A stretch of 64,000 bases of DNA. Source: Tubiluchus corallicola. Lineage: Eukaryota > Animalia > Priapulida. The position numbers and the translations under genes were made by a program. Where the stretch lies: the NCBI GenBank assembly GCA_030141605.1, contig JAQGDQ010000751.1:1-64000 (forward strand), in the 5' to 3' direction. The notes below the pieces were generated by a model that saw only the letters and a list, made by a program, of their open reading frames with translations, ran no database searches and had not been told where the DNA came from. This document shows, one piece after another, positions 12,801 to 44,760 of the stretch; position 1 is the first letter of the stretch; each line of letters starts with the position of its first letter.

Positions 12801-15800
12801 GATGATTTAGCAAGTTTATCAGGAGATGGTTAACTAGGGCTAATTATCCGTATGAACTAACATGCTAGAAACGATTTATGAGCGACTAAGGCTTTATTCT
12901 TTTGAAGAGAAGTGTGGTGTTCTTTGCTAGGGTAACCCTAACCTGCTTATTTGCATGGAAAACACATCAATTTTTAAGAAAGCAGACTAGTCAAAACACC
13001 AAACGTGTGTTTGTAAACCAAAACCGTCTATATAAGTCGGCATAGTTAAAACTATGTTATGGTGTTTCAAAGTGGAATGTACCAAAAATTTGGTGAAATG
13101 TTGATTTTTTGTAAAAGACGAATTCATAAAAGGGTTCTGAAGCGATAAAAGCGCTGCCTTTTTCGCTCCGTCACGTGTTGTAAACACCAGGTAGCCAACT
13201 GCTCATCTGTTTTTTTTTTGTAAAAACAAATGGTAAATATATTGGGCTTTTATATTCTAGCATCAAATTATCAAGAAAATGTTCAAAAATACTAAAAATC
13301 TAATTTTATAACCCCGTGCCCACTTTTCTGGCTAGAAAATAGTACTACAATTGGGAAAAACTTGTATATTCAAACTTCGATAGTAACTCATGGAAGCAGT
13401 CATTTTGTTTTCTTTCTGTTGCCAAGCCCAGATCTTCACCTGGAAGAGCCATCTACTGGATTTAAACATAACATCAATGTGTTTTTGCAAAGTCTGTAGC
13501 CACCAACATTTGTGCCATTGCTAAGTGTTTTGTAGAAATGCAAGAAAAGCAATGGCTAACTTTAACAGCGATTTTGTCAAGTTTATGTTTTTCACTACGC
13601 AGGATGCACCTTAACTTCAATGTTGATTATCTCAGCTTAGAAATAACATAGAGCGATAAGCTTGGTATCAAAATGATCCTCATGAAATGGAGATTGAGGA
13701 TATGTGAATAGCTAGAAAAGCTTAATTGCCGACTTATGGACGATTTTGCTTTGCAAGCACACAAATAATAACACACTGTTTTGCTATAGAAATAATAACA
13801 CAATTGTTTAATCAACAATAATTCATGAACATCCCAACCCATACAAAATTCCCAATACTTTTACAAGAAACTGTAAAAGTAAAATTCCTTCTCCACTCTT
13901 AAGAACCTCTGTCTCCACTCTAGGTGTCTCCCGTCTCCTCTCTGACTAAGCACCATCTCCACTCTTGACTAACCATTATCTCCAATCTGGTTAAAATCTC
14001 TCCACTCCAGCTAACCTCCGGTCTCCACTCTGGCTAGATTTTGACTCCACAAAACCTGGAACCATTTAGCCGTTCATGTAGAGAGAGCCATTTGTTCTCT
14101 CTTTCTCAACCATAAAACATCTATTGCCCTACGTTGACCAGCCAGTTACAGGACAGACTCAACACTCGTGAGTACGAGCCTTTCAATCACCATCCGTCAT
14201 CTGAATTTAGTCAACTCCAACTAGTCCCAAGCAAAACAATTTTAACAGCATATAGTTCTATAGAACCATGATTGTTTATAGTAAGAACTACTTTGGTTCG
14301 TCTGTACTAAACTTTAGCAGAAATGTTACTTCTCATGAATTTCAATATGTCTGCCAGGCCAACACCCTGGACAAAAGATCAAGATCAAGATGTTAAAATG
14401 ACAAATGAGGTCACAACACAGATCATTCAGGACAGATATTTTCATATATTGCTGATTTAAAAGGAAGCTGTCCTTAGCGTCCAATCAGAATCCAGATCCC
14501 AAAGAGAGGTACATGATTAGATAAATAAAACTGTTGCAATTTCAATATCCATTTAGGTTAAGATATCTCTCTGCATGAAAACAACTTTTTTTGCTAACAG
14601 GTGGAGCTCCAGCAGAATGGAACTTATAATCATCCACACTTAAAATTTTATACATACGTAATCACAATTAATATCATTCATTGTTACATTTCACTCATTG
14701 ATTATTTGTGCGGCAGGTGGCAGTTCTGAACTTAAAAAAGGGTAAAATTTACAAGAAATTACACCACAGGGATGGTATGGGGAAAAGCCAAACCATCTCA
14801 GTGAAAAACTTGTTTATTTCATCTAAAATTTATGAAACTTTGCAGATTTCTATAACCCATCAAGGTAATTATATGAGCCGAATCAAAAATCATCCACTAT
14901 GACCAACATTTTAAGCTGCCATTGTGGCTTTTGCTAATTTTTAGAAGCTATATCCTATAGCTGTTAAAGCATGTATTATGATGATATGGTGTGTAAACAT
15001 AGGTTTTCAAGGTCAAGGAATCCATATTTCATGCTTAAAACACATATGACGTCACCTCAGTTAGATTTTCAAAAGTCCAAGATGACTGCAGCTACTTGTT
15101 TAATACGTTTAACTATTTTGCGTGTTGTAAAGCAAATACAATGATATTTTTAATGTCTATATATAGACTTCAAGGATTTAGGGTAGTGTCCAATATGGCT
15201 GACATTTTCAAGATAGCCAAAAAGATGACTGTCAAAACGCCACATCATAGGTCATAATTATGCAATTGTGAATGCCATAGCCCTGAAAAAGCATCACTAT
15301 GTTTCATGCCAATACTAGTTGCGAACAAACTTTTACAGAGAAAGAAAAACGATGGGTTCGCCCACATGGCAAACATCTACGGCAACAACAAAAGCATTTG
15401 TATTTCTAAGAAACTATTAGAGCTAAGCAACTGACCGAACTGTTAGTTGACAACTAAAACAAAAGGGATGGTCTGTGGAGGCAATTCTTTCAATATCTGC
15501 TGCATAGTTGGAGTACGTCAAATGTGTGGTAGGTGTATCAGGAAGAATACTGTTAGGGCTGGCATTGATCACTGTCTCAACTTTACCATCACTTTACCAT
15601 TTGATTGAGGCTGGAAAAAGTCGACTGACGTGGCATTGGACCTACTGCAAACATTAAGACCTGAAGCATCTTGCTTAAAGGCAACAACTTATTAAATGTT
15701 CCTGCCAGCCAGCTAAAGGGTGCTGTGGCAGATGTAAATATGTTCAAGCATGTCTTGTGACTGAGACAAATTATTTTAGAGGTAATGTTATCTGTGCTAT

Positions 15801-18800
15801 CACTGCACCAGAATCTTTAAATTCTAACTTGAACTGTTTGTTTCTTTTTGCTGGCTTCTTTATCAGTTGAATGTGTACATCATACATGATACTGTTGACA
15901 TTGTTACAGCTTAATATGAATAAAAATAATACTACCCTAAATCCTGGATCTTTAAAACCTATATTTATACACTAAATTTGCCGTCTTGTCTCTAGTAGAA
16001 TCTGCAGTAGAACTGCAGCCATCTTGAAGTCTTAAATAGTTCATGTCGTAGGTGTTTTTAAGCATCAGGTGCAGATGACATAACCTTGAAGAACTATATT
16101 TACACACCAAAAATCATCATCTTGTGTACTCTCACAGATAAGATGTAACAGTTAATATAACTGAATGAACAGCATGATTTGGTTTTGTACGGCAGCCATT
16201 TTGAAAACGGTGGCCATTTTTGAAACAAAAGTGACAGAAATGGATTCTTTATATCCACCTACCATGCAATAGATGTCATAATCGCCTCTTTATGTTAATT
16301 TTTTTCGAATTCTTTTGATTTATGTAGTTTGTACAAAAACTTGGTGGCCATTTTGTTTTTGCATTTTTGACCCTTTTCCGCCAATTTTTTGAGCTGTCAA
16401 CAGCTTTTTCGGAAGGAAACCCCCATTGCATTCATAGCGTTAATATTCTTTGTGTTCCTGGGCATTTGACTAATACCATGCTTTGTTAGTGTTCATGGAA
16501 AAACAGTCAAACATGTTTGTAATTTCTTGTAACTCATTGCAAATTTCTATTGCATTTTAAGATGTGACGGTTTGTTGTTCATGAGCTCTGAAGAAGATTC
16601 TACACTTCCCGCAGTTAAACTAAATGTATCTGAAGGGTGGCAGAAAATTTGGATGAAAACAAAGGGAGCATTCAAATATTTGTACGACCGTCATATTCGT
16701 GTAAGTTGAAAAAGCTATTAAAGGACTACTTTATTATGGTTTAATTAAATTACTGTTAGCTGTTTAGTTGGAAAAAGTGCCGGGTATACCAAATTTTGTG
16801 AGCATATCATTTGCCTAATTTGCCTCCTTATTTTTGGTGGTGGTTACATGACTAAGCTGTGGAACAACATCATTGTCCGCTGAGCTGTGCAACAACATTC
16901 ACACTTATGTACACAGTAGGCCCTATGATCAGACATTTTAGCAAACCATTTTATTGTGCAGACTGTCTAACCCTAAAAGAAAGTATGAAAGATGTATTGC
17001 CTTTTTTGAGCTCTCTTAAAATTATTGATAAAAACTAAGTTTTGCTGAATCTAATAATTTTAATGTGGATAGTAGAAGCATTAATTCTTATTTAGTACAA
17101 TAATGTAGCAAATAAACAAAAGTTATTTCTCAGGACTATGAATGGTTCTTGAAAGCAGATGATGACACCTATATAGTCGTTGAAAACTTGCGCCATTTTG
17201 TCTCCAGTTATAGCTCTTTGACTCCTGTCTATTTTGGACGTCGTTTTAAACCTGATGTTAAGCAAGGTTACATGAGTGGAGGAGCTGGGTAAGACATTAA
17301 GTTCATTAGGCTTCTTAATGTTAGGAAATGATAGAATACATTAAACTGCTTTCCAACAAATGGTTCGATATTACATTTTGATACTGTAATTGTAACGAGT
17401 TACAAAGCTGTTGAAATAACTTGTAACTATACTACTTTTTTTTAATTCTGTACTGTACCGAGTCTTCATTACCTTTTTTCTCGCACTTTGTCTTAGTACA
17501 ACTAAAGTCCAGGCTAATCTTGTGAAGTACTAAAATATTGTTTAATATTAAAATTTTATACAAAATGACTGACTTTTATCTTTGTCTGTGACTACAAGGA
17601 AAGTTTACTGTCTGGCATATTGTCATCTTTTTTATGAGTTTTTGAGGAAATATGTGGACTAAAAGCTCCAAAACTCTACCACTGTTTCATTCATCTTTTT
17701 TTAGAATTAAGCAAATCCGTGTTATTATAGGTACGTACTTAGTCGTGAAGCTCTAAGTCGTTTTGGTCAAGGAATGGATGATGCAGCCTTGTGCTTGAAA
17801 AGTGGGGAAACAAATGAGGACATTGAACTTGGAAAGTGCTTGGAAAACTTAGGTATTGTAAAAACTGTTGTGTTCGCATAACAGTATAATCTTTCCACTA
17901 TTGCACAACTGTCTAAACATCAAACTTTGTTAAATTTTGAATTTAATAAATTTTGTTGAGGAGCAAAATTCTTTGTAGACTGTATCGATTGTATAAATAT
18001 AGCTTTGTGTCTTTTTTTGAATCCATTTACTAGTTCTTAAACTGTATCTTTATTGTGGCAACTTGACAATGAGAAATTTCCATGTAGATTATAAGTGGAG
18101 CTCATGGTGTCAGTGTAGTGCATTGTTTCTCGTGCTCTTTGAGCACGAGCACGACTTGTTAAGCACTCTAAATAGAGTTCTTGGAGTTTTGCAAATGGAT
18201 CTTGTGCAATTGCAGTTCATGGAATCTTGTAAGTAGATCTCATTCAAAAACAATAAGTTAAATATACAGAAATGGCAGTTGGGTGTAGCTAAATAAAATT
18301 AACATGGAAACTTAGTGTAGGCTTATAGGATTACTGCAGTCATAAACTTTCATAATTATATTGTTGGATAACATTTCTCTCCAGGCGTTACTGCTGGTGA
18401 TTCAAGGGATGAATTTGGAAGAGAAACATTTTTCCCATTTAAACCGGAATTCCATGTTATTTCTCGGAAAGCTTACTCTTCGCATAAAGATTTTTGGTTC
18501 TGGAATAATTGGACTTATTATCCACTTATCGAGGTAATGAAAGACAAAAACAGAAAACGTCAAATTTTTGTTGACAAAATGTTGAAGTAGGCTTGGCATA
18601 CTGTACTTAATAAGAAATCTATACAAATACGATTGGCTTTTGTCAGTACATCTGTGATACCTATAAATCCATTTTAGTGTTATGAACATAATTTATGTGG
18701 TTGTTCAAATTTGTTTGCCTTTTGTTGTTGTTAAATAACCATTTTTGATGTATGTGCTTTAAGTAAAAACTTTGCATTATTTTTATAAACCTTTTACGGA

Positions 18801-20364
18801 AAAAATTAGCTCTTATTGATATTTGACCTCAGTCAATCGTTCAAAAGAAAGACATGTTTAGAACTTGTCACACAATACAGTAGGCGCCGCTTAATAGACT
18901 CACAGTTAATAGACTCAATCGCTTAATTGACTCAAAAACGCCTGGTACAGGCCGCTTCTATTCAAATGTACATAAAAACTGTTGATAATTGACTCAAGTA
19001 ACTCTGCATAATTTACTCAATATTTTTGCTTCACATGGTACAATAAGGCATTTTTGTGTGACTAATAAGCTTTTATGACTTTTACATCATCTTAGTTCAC
19101 TTTTGTCCTATAATATACGTTGAAACAATCATGTTAAGTACCATTTTGTTTATAAGCAGGAACGTTTATCATACGCTAATTATGCTAGCCTAATGGTTTG
19201 CTTTGACCTACCTGTCCAGTGCAACTAACCACATTAACCAAGAACTCCTGGAAGCTAAACATTTAATCACTTGCTTAGCGGTTTGCTTTTGAAGCTCTTA
19301 CTGTCTTTGCCGGAAATTTTAATCAGTTAGATGTTGCTGTTATGCCAGGGACTCAGGTACACTACAATAAGTACCTCACAATAGCAAGCGGGAGCTTAGT
19401 CGAAGCCACTTATGGTGAAACATGGGCACCACCAACAGTTTAAGCACGCCAAAAAAGCACTAAGTATTTTATGAGAATTTGTGCTTCATACAACAACAGA
19501 TTTTCAATGTTTTTATCATTTTAAGAACTTTGTGAGCCAACTTCTCTGCGATAAAATGAAACGGCCGACTTTAGGAATTTTTGCTAATAAACAGACGTGT
19601 GATTTAGAAAATAATTTATTGCTAATTCACTCATATAAATTTTTAGTTTAAAGTTTTTTTTAATTTTTAACTGCACAAAAGAATTTAGGCATTACTTCGT
19701 TTCTAATTCATTAAAAACCTTTGCAGTTCATACCAACCTGATGACTCGTACTTCAGTACCAGTAATACTACAACCATCGGTTAATACGTTCAGTCGGCTA
19801 ATTGGGTCAAAACACTTCGGTCCCAAAGTGAATCTATTAAGCGGCGCCTACTGTATTTAAATTTAGGGCAACTGTCGCACAATTAAATTTAGGGCAGTTA
19901 TCTCATATGGTTAAGAGCAATCGTTTGCAGTCAAATAAATTATAAGAATGTGGCAAGCACTAGGCAATAATACAGTTAAAAAGTCGTCATTAGTGCACAA
20001 ATAGGTAAATATTTAGTGGCTGTGTGAAGCAGTGAATTGGCAGGCTTATTTTGTTTACTAATTAATAACTATGCATTACACATAAGATGGCTTACAGACT
20101 ACCTGATGTGACTTTTCATGAACACAGTGCAATGTCACAAGGTATCTACAAAACCTCACAAATTATCTATGCAGTGTACAAAACCGCAGAGCATTCTTGT
20201 TTTAGTGAGATTTGTATTTTTTTATTTTTCAGGGAATTGAAGGAATGAGTGACAATGCCATATCTTTTCATTACATTAAACCGAATCAAATGTACTTTCT
20301 AGAGTATATTGTACATAAACTGAATATTTACAATGCACTTTCTCCAAAAGACACAAGGAGCTGA
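9806..20364 (+). CDS. C1GALT1: Core 1 beta-1,3-galactosyltransferase (T-synthase)-like, GT31, 309 aa
   Basis: Exons 9806-9950, 12083-12170, 16562-16700, 17134-17288, 17731-17852, 18385-18533, 20233-20364 (930 nt, GT-AG, phases consistent). N-terminal TM anchor; motifs [22 protein letters not shown] (DxD), [39 protein letters not shown]. Confidence 0.93.
10591..11085 (-). mobile_element. 3' end of a LINE-like element with (CTAAA)n tail and an internal ~150-bp tandem duplication
   Basis: (gttta)5 at 10591-10615 next to AATAAA on the - strand. Direct repeats at ~10777-10925 and ~10937-11085. Confidence 0.55.
13005..13651 (+). repeat. Interspersed repeat (second copy at 61412-61946), carrying a 99-bp foreign insert
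   Basis: Colinear similarity, e.g. ccaaaaccgtc...gcatagttaaaactatgtta, ccagatcttca...ggaagagcca.ctactggatttaaac, ttatctcagctt.gaaataacatag. Confidence 0.9.
13890..14050. repeat. Degenerate tandem (ctccactct)-type minisatellite
   Basis: Several ctccactc units at irregular ~22-26-bp spacing. Confidence 0.7.
14740..16540. mobile_element. Old non-autonomous DNA transposon with terminal inverted repeats (superfamily unresolved)
   Basis: ttacaagaaattaca (~14749) is inverted to tgtaatttcttgtaa (~16518). Internal repeated gccat(c/t)ttg motifs. An inverted partial copy of its right part lies at ~12400-12615. Confidence 0.55.
18878..19853. mobile_element. pogo/Tigger-type MITE (Tc1/mariner superfamily)
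   Basis: 26-bp TIRs cagtaggcgccgcttaatagactcac, 25/26 identical. TA on both sides. No transposase ORF. Confidence 0.92.
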
Positions 20365-20736
20365 CCAAAGTCGCTGTGATATAGAATTGACAAACATCAG
20401 GTAGTGTTTCCACTGCACAAATCAACTCGGGTGTCGGTGCAAGGGAGTATTCTATTCTGTCTAGAGTCATAACAGCGTATGCTTTCAGTTTAATCATTCG
20501 CTTAAGGCCATTTTAAACTGCATTATTGAACACCAAGACAGGTCATTCATGTTAACAGTGAACATGATTTTCAGTGAATGCAAAATATTTTTGTAAATTT
20601 CATTATATGCAAGTTATAGTTGAAAATCAAGGCCTCAGTAGTCTTTAACATTCTCCATGACCTTTTCGTTTTTGCAATTATAATCATCATTTGCAGTGCA
20701 ATGCAGTTTCCTAAAACTTTTCACGCCAAGTAGAAA

Positions 20737-20798
20737 ATAGCAACATGAAACGGAAGAGGTTTGTATATAGCAACATGAAATGGAAGTGGTTTGTATAT
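20737..20798. repeat. 30-bp tandem duplication
   Basis: atagcaacatgaaaYggaagWggtttgtat, two copies. Confidence 0.85.
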
Positions 20799-22284
20799 CA
20801 TTGTAGTACAGGCCATTTTGTCAAATCTAATTGTGTTATAAAGATTGGATTGTTCAGGTACTGTTTTAAACTAGCGTACCAATGTGCCTATAATATGTAT
20901 TGTGCAATATAGTCATATCTCAGTACTTTACACACTTTGTAGTTTCGCTTTTGGTAAAAGGCCCGAACAGTATACTGTTCCTTATTAAAAAAACACATCA
21001 ATTTTTCACATAGTCCATAACTGCAAAGTATTTTGCTGATGTAGAATGTGCATGTGCATCGTTGTACAATATCGTTGTATAGTAAAAGAGACAGAAAATT
21101 AGAAGCAAACGTATGAAAAACAAGTTTGCAATTGTTGCAATGTAGAATAATTTGTTCTTTGTCCAACTGGGCTGAACTGCACACCTTTTCATAACATCCT
21201 TGAGACTCGCTCATAGATTATTTAATTCATAGCAATTTTTTCGGTCACCAGATAACAGGTGAAGGCTCTTTTGTTTCAGTTGACAATATAGACGTTTATA
21301 AATAACTTCATACATAAAGTTTTCTGATAATTGATGTCATTTTTATAAACAGAATCTTCTTATATTCTACAACAGCAAACAGTGTATTAACATAAATACA
21401 GTAGAATGTAACTTCATCACTGTTCTTATGGATAAACAGGATCCATTAACATTAAATTAAATATGACTTGTTCAATCTGTACAGGCAAATACATTGTACA
21501 CAGCATGCTTACAAGACTTTATAAACATGCTTATAATAGTTTAACTGCACAAGCTTAAATTACTATTATTACTAAAGTTGAACTGTTGCATAGTTCACTG
21601 TTAATCCATTCAGCATAAAGTCGAATCTGAAGACCAACTTTTGTGATAGCAATCACAGACATCATAGCAATGCATTATAAATTCATTTGGATGCAGGGGA
21701 AATAAATTTTCCAGATCTTGCCATAGACATAGCCAGGACTAACAAACACATATGTATTCATTAGTGTGTACTAACAAAAACGACCGAGAACTGGAACACA
21801 AAATTGCATAAATGCATCAAAAATATTATAAAAAGGCATTAAAAATTAGCATTGAAGCATAGAAACTACTCAAGACTGCAGTGTGACAATTTAGAAGAAT
21901 TTTGAGCTTATTTCATTTACATATGATATTGCTGTATAAGTTCTGTCTCTATCTCCAGATCTTGAGTTTAAAAACTGCTATCCAGAATCCTCTAAACAGC
22001 TCTACGTAAAGCTACACTGCGATGGTTAACCTACATGTAATTACGTGCTGTGATGACTAGACCAAAATTTGGTGTAAATATGTGCAGCTTATCAATTGCC
22101 CCAGTTCTAACTCACGAAAAAGCTGTTGTCTTTTTGAATTATTTCACAGGAATGGAAGGTGCTACACCTAGGCTAGCAAACAGAGCTAAGTCTGTTATTT
22201 TTGTGCATCTGATAGTCCCTGCAGTACTATATGAAATGACAGTTTCTGAGTTAATACAGTTTCAAGAATGTCGGTCAAGAATAT

Positions 22285-41229
<18,945 letters not shown>

Positions 41230-41467
41230 GTGTTCATGCTGAAAATTTGTTAACATAAATAGGAAATGCATAATTTTAATGTTAAAGAAAATTTATTGCA
41301 AAAAGGCCAATAAGATTACTGTAATAGAGCTCAATAGTGAGCATGAGTTTGCTGCATTCTCTGCTTTTGCATAGCAAACCTCCTACAGTGTCTTTACTAG
41401 GCATATACAATTTTATACAATACTACAAGTTATGATAACTATTTGAGGCAAAATAATGCACAAACTT

Positions 41468-41615
41468 ATATAGTTGCAAAAGACAAAAACTGAAATTGCC
41501 ACATATTTTTTTAAAAAAACAGCAAGAAAAAATATGAATATAAACGTGTGTAAGTTGCAAAACACAAAAATTGAAATTGTGCCTTACAGCTTTTTTAAAA
41601 AACAGCAAGAAAATG
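41468..41615. repeat. ~80-bp tandem duplication
   Basis: agttgcaaaa.acaaaaa.tgaaattg...ttttttaaaaaacagcaagaaaa, two copies. Confidence 0.8.
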
Positions 41616-42032
41616 ATGATATGAATGCTTACTTAAAACATACAACTCACGTTCATCGCTCATAAAACAGATCCGTGCAAGTCATAGAGTTACTGCTTAC
41701 TCAGCTTTGTTAAGCAAATTAAGAATTTCCACAGAGCAAAAATTATACTATATATACATCCAAAATAGTAAACATGCAAAACGCCTTGGTACTATTAAGC
41801 TTACTAATACTATAGAATATACAAGACCAAATATCAAGATGGCGCACAAAATGTCAAACTTCTTCGAAGTTATTTAAGGATAAAACTATAAACAGGCATC
41901 TAATAACAACGTATCACGACAATAGCATTTGTATTTGATACCTTAATAACAACAGTTGATGAACTGCAACAAATTAAAACACGGAAACTGATTATTAAAA
42001 TATCCAAACTCAGTTAGTGTAGTTTATTATAC

Positions 42033-42200
42033 CTGCCCAAATTTCAATGACGTCATCAGATATTGGGCTAAACGTTCAGAGGCGGAGATTCTTCTTCACC
42101 ATAGCCATAGATATACAATATACAGCCGCACGAGCCACGAAGTACAAGTGTTGAAGACAAATTATAATGCAACCGCTACGGTTAGTAATAGCAGAAAAGC
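42033..42200 (-). promoter_or_regulatory. Candidate TLK first exon/promoter
   Basis: GGGCAG|gtataa donor at 42032, CRE palindrome atgacgtcat at 42047-42056, and local CpG enrichment. It would pair with the acceptor at 41239. Confidence 0.45.
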
Positions 42201-42249
42201 ATTGATCATTTTGATGATTTAAGAAGTCTAGTGATTGAAGGTGCCCATA

Positions 42250-42345
42250 TTGTTATTGTTGTTGATATATATTATTACTGTTATTGTCATTATTATTATT
42301 ATTATTGTTGTTGTTGTTGTCATTATTATTATTATTATCATCACA
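42250..42345. repeat. (TAT/TGT)n microsatellite
   Basis: Trinucleotide runs that produce the poly-Y/C/L ORFs. Confidence 0.9.
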
Positions 42346-42477
42346 ATCCTTGCACCACACTGCGATGTCAAATTACAAAGGCATCTCACTCGTATCCTGT
42401 AACAGGTTTAAAAATATCCTAATCACATTTGAACTCCAATTTGCCTACAAGACTTCTTTACTAACCTGTGCAGTCTG

Positions 42478-42970
42478 GTGCTGAACGACACTGTAAACAC
42501 TTATCTTGATAAAAACATGCCACTTTACTATTGTTCAATTAACTTTTCAAAAGACTTCGACCATGTAAATATATTAATGGTTTTTAATAAACTTGAAATA
42601 CAATGCTCCTTACCTAAATCTGCTTTTGGCCTCATGTTAAATGGATACCTAAATCAATGTATATGGGTTATATGGAACAAAACTAAGTCTTTTACTCCAC
42701 CAATAGAATAAAGCAGGCAGCAGTCTGTCAGGTGTATTAAGTTTAAATATCACATGCCTCCAGAAGTTTTCTCCTCGTATTATATGTATGCTGCTGATGT
42801 TCGCATTTATAACACTCGATCTGCTAAAAAAGACGTTTTACATGTTCAACGTTTTTCGACTACAACTGGTCAATGCTCCTTAAAGTGATAAAGCTGTAAA
42901 TTGTGGAACTCTGTTTCAATTACATCGGGCTCCTTAAATACATTGTAGAAACAATACAACAAACTTTTGT
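42478..42970 (+). mobile_element. Highly decayed CR1/L2-like LINE fragments
   Basis: NFSKDFDHV (DFSKAFD-like) followed by C-terminal YNTRS...LHV...KLWN remnants. Confidence 0.5.
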
Positions 42971-43459
42971 TGAGTAACAACAATATACGAATCAGCAATC
43001 CTGAATGTATTCATTCTCTTTTCTAATACTTACGCTACCAATTATTTAGTCAGTTTTTGTCATCATCAGGGTGGGCAATTGAAGACAATCCAATATGACA
43101 GAACTAAAATGATGCTTTAATGTATGACTGGAACATTTACTGAATCTGAATGCATATTAATATGCATCTACATACATATATATTACACATATTTACTATT
43201 TTTATAATTGTTATTATTTCAACTCAACTGCATGATTATGTATTATATTCATTATTTTGCTCATTATTGTTTCTGCTGAGTTTTGTTTTACTATGATTTT
43301 TATTATTGTTAATCCTTGTTATTTGATTATGCATGAATTATTATTATTTTTCACATAGGGTTTATTTCCATTTTGTTTATTTTGATTTTGTGCATTTTAT
43401 ATGTACTATTATCATACTGCTACAAATCTGCTGCATGAATTTTGTTTAATTTATTATAG

Positions 43460-44552
43460 CTAACTTCTAGAATTATTATAGATAATTCTGCTTGATGACA
43501 TACAAACCATACTACAACCAGATGAAATGCACATTATTACAATTGTACTAAAGTATATTAAACTTACTGTAAAAGTTGGGAATACCATAGGAAAAACTTT
43601 TAGCACGAATATTGGGGTCCCCAGGGGGACTGCCTTAGTCCAATACTTTTCACGCCTTACTAGCAAAGGTACTTAAGATCGATCCAAACTCCTCCAAACG
43701 ATGATCATGATTATGATACCAGTGGCTGTGATAACCTTCCTCAACATATTCTGGATCACTCCTATACTGGTTTGGAATCCTATGAACCATTCCTTATTGA
43801 TCAGCAATACGCAGACGATATTGGATGGATTAATGTATCAAATTTTCAAACTACACATAAACAAGGGATTTTCCAAAAAAAAACTAGAGAAAAGAAACCT
43901 TCAAGTAAGTCAGTGAAAAACAAAAGAATATATTATTGCAAGAGATGGTAATCGGTCTTGGGAAAAGTGCAAGTACATGGGCACTTTTCTAAGCACCGAA
44001 TATGATATTAAAAGCAGAAAGCAACAATCAATGCATGCTTTTCTTCAGCACAAGAATGTATTAACTAGGAAGAAATTAAGTCTTAACAGAAGATTTCGAT
44101 TATTTAATGCTTATGTTACCAGCATATTTATGTACAACAGCGAAACTTGGAGTTTAATGATTACTCAAGAAAAGTAGATTGATACATTTTGTAGAAGTCT
44201 TCTTAGGAAAGTTTTAAAGATAAGATGGCCATACATAAACAAAAATGAAGAGTTATACACCAAAACAAAAGAAATTTATTGGAATTCAAAAGTCAAGATC
44301 CGTAGATTAGGATGGCTAGGACATCTTCTAAGATTGCCAGATGAAGCGCCAGTAAGAATTACCTTAAAGGAAGCCCTAAAACCTTGCAAAAAACCACCTG
44401 GCAAACATGAAGCAAGTTGGACAGCTAAGATAAATAAAGACGTTCAAAAACTTCAACCTAAGTTATCTTCAGAAGTAGAAGGAAATACTCTGTTAGCTGC
44501 AGATAGAAGTACTCTGAAATACTCTGATAAATGTTGATACCTCAATGCCTAC
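43460..44552 (+). mobile_element. 5'-truncated, frameshifted non-LTR retrotransposon (RTE-like RT)
   Basis: TNIGVP.G, QQYADDIGW (~43803), CKYMGTFL, FNAYVTSIFMYNSETW, WLGHLLR, with multiple stops and frameshifts. Confidence 0.9.
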
Positions 44553-44760
44553 TAGGGGTGAGCATTCTGTACCAGAAAGCGGATTCGAACTGAATCGAAT
44601 TTTCGACTTCTGAATTCGAATCAAACCGAATTTCAGTATTTTGAATCTGTATTGAGTTCGAATTGAGTTTGAAAGATTTTCGAAGCACTAGTAAAGAGTG
44701 GTCTTACAAATATCATGCATATTTCTCGATTTTGTATATGCAGTAAAACCACTGTTAGTT
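44553..44760 (+). mobile_element. hAT-type MITE, TTCGAA-rich family, truncated copy 3
   Basis: taggggtgagcattc...gaatttcagtatt matches the 5' half of 9214-9585. Confidence 0.8.
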
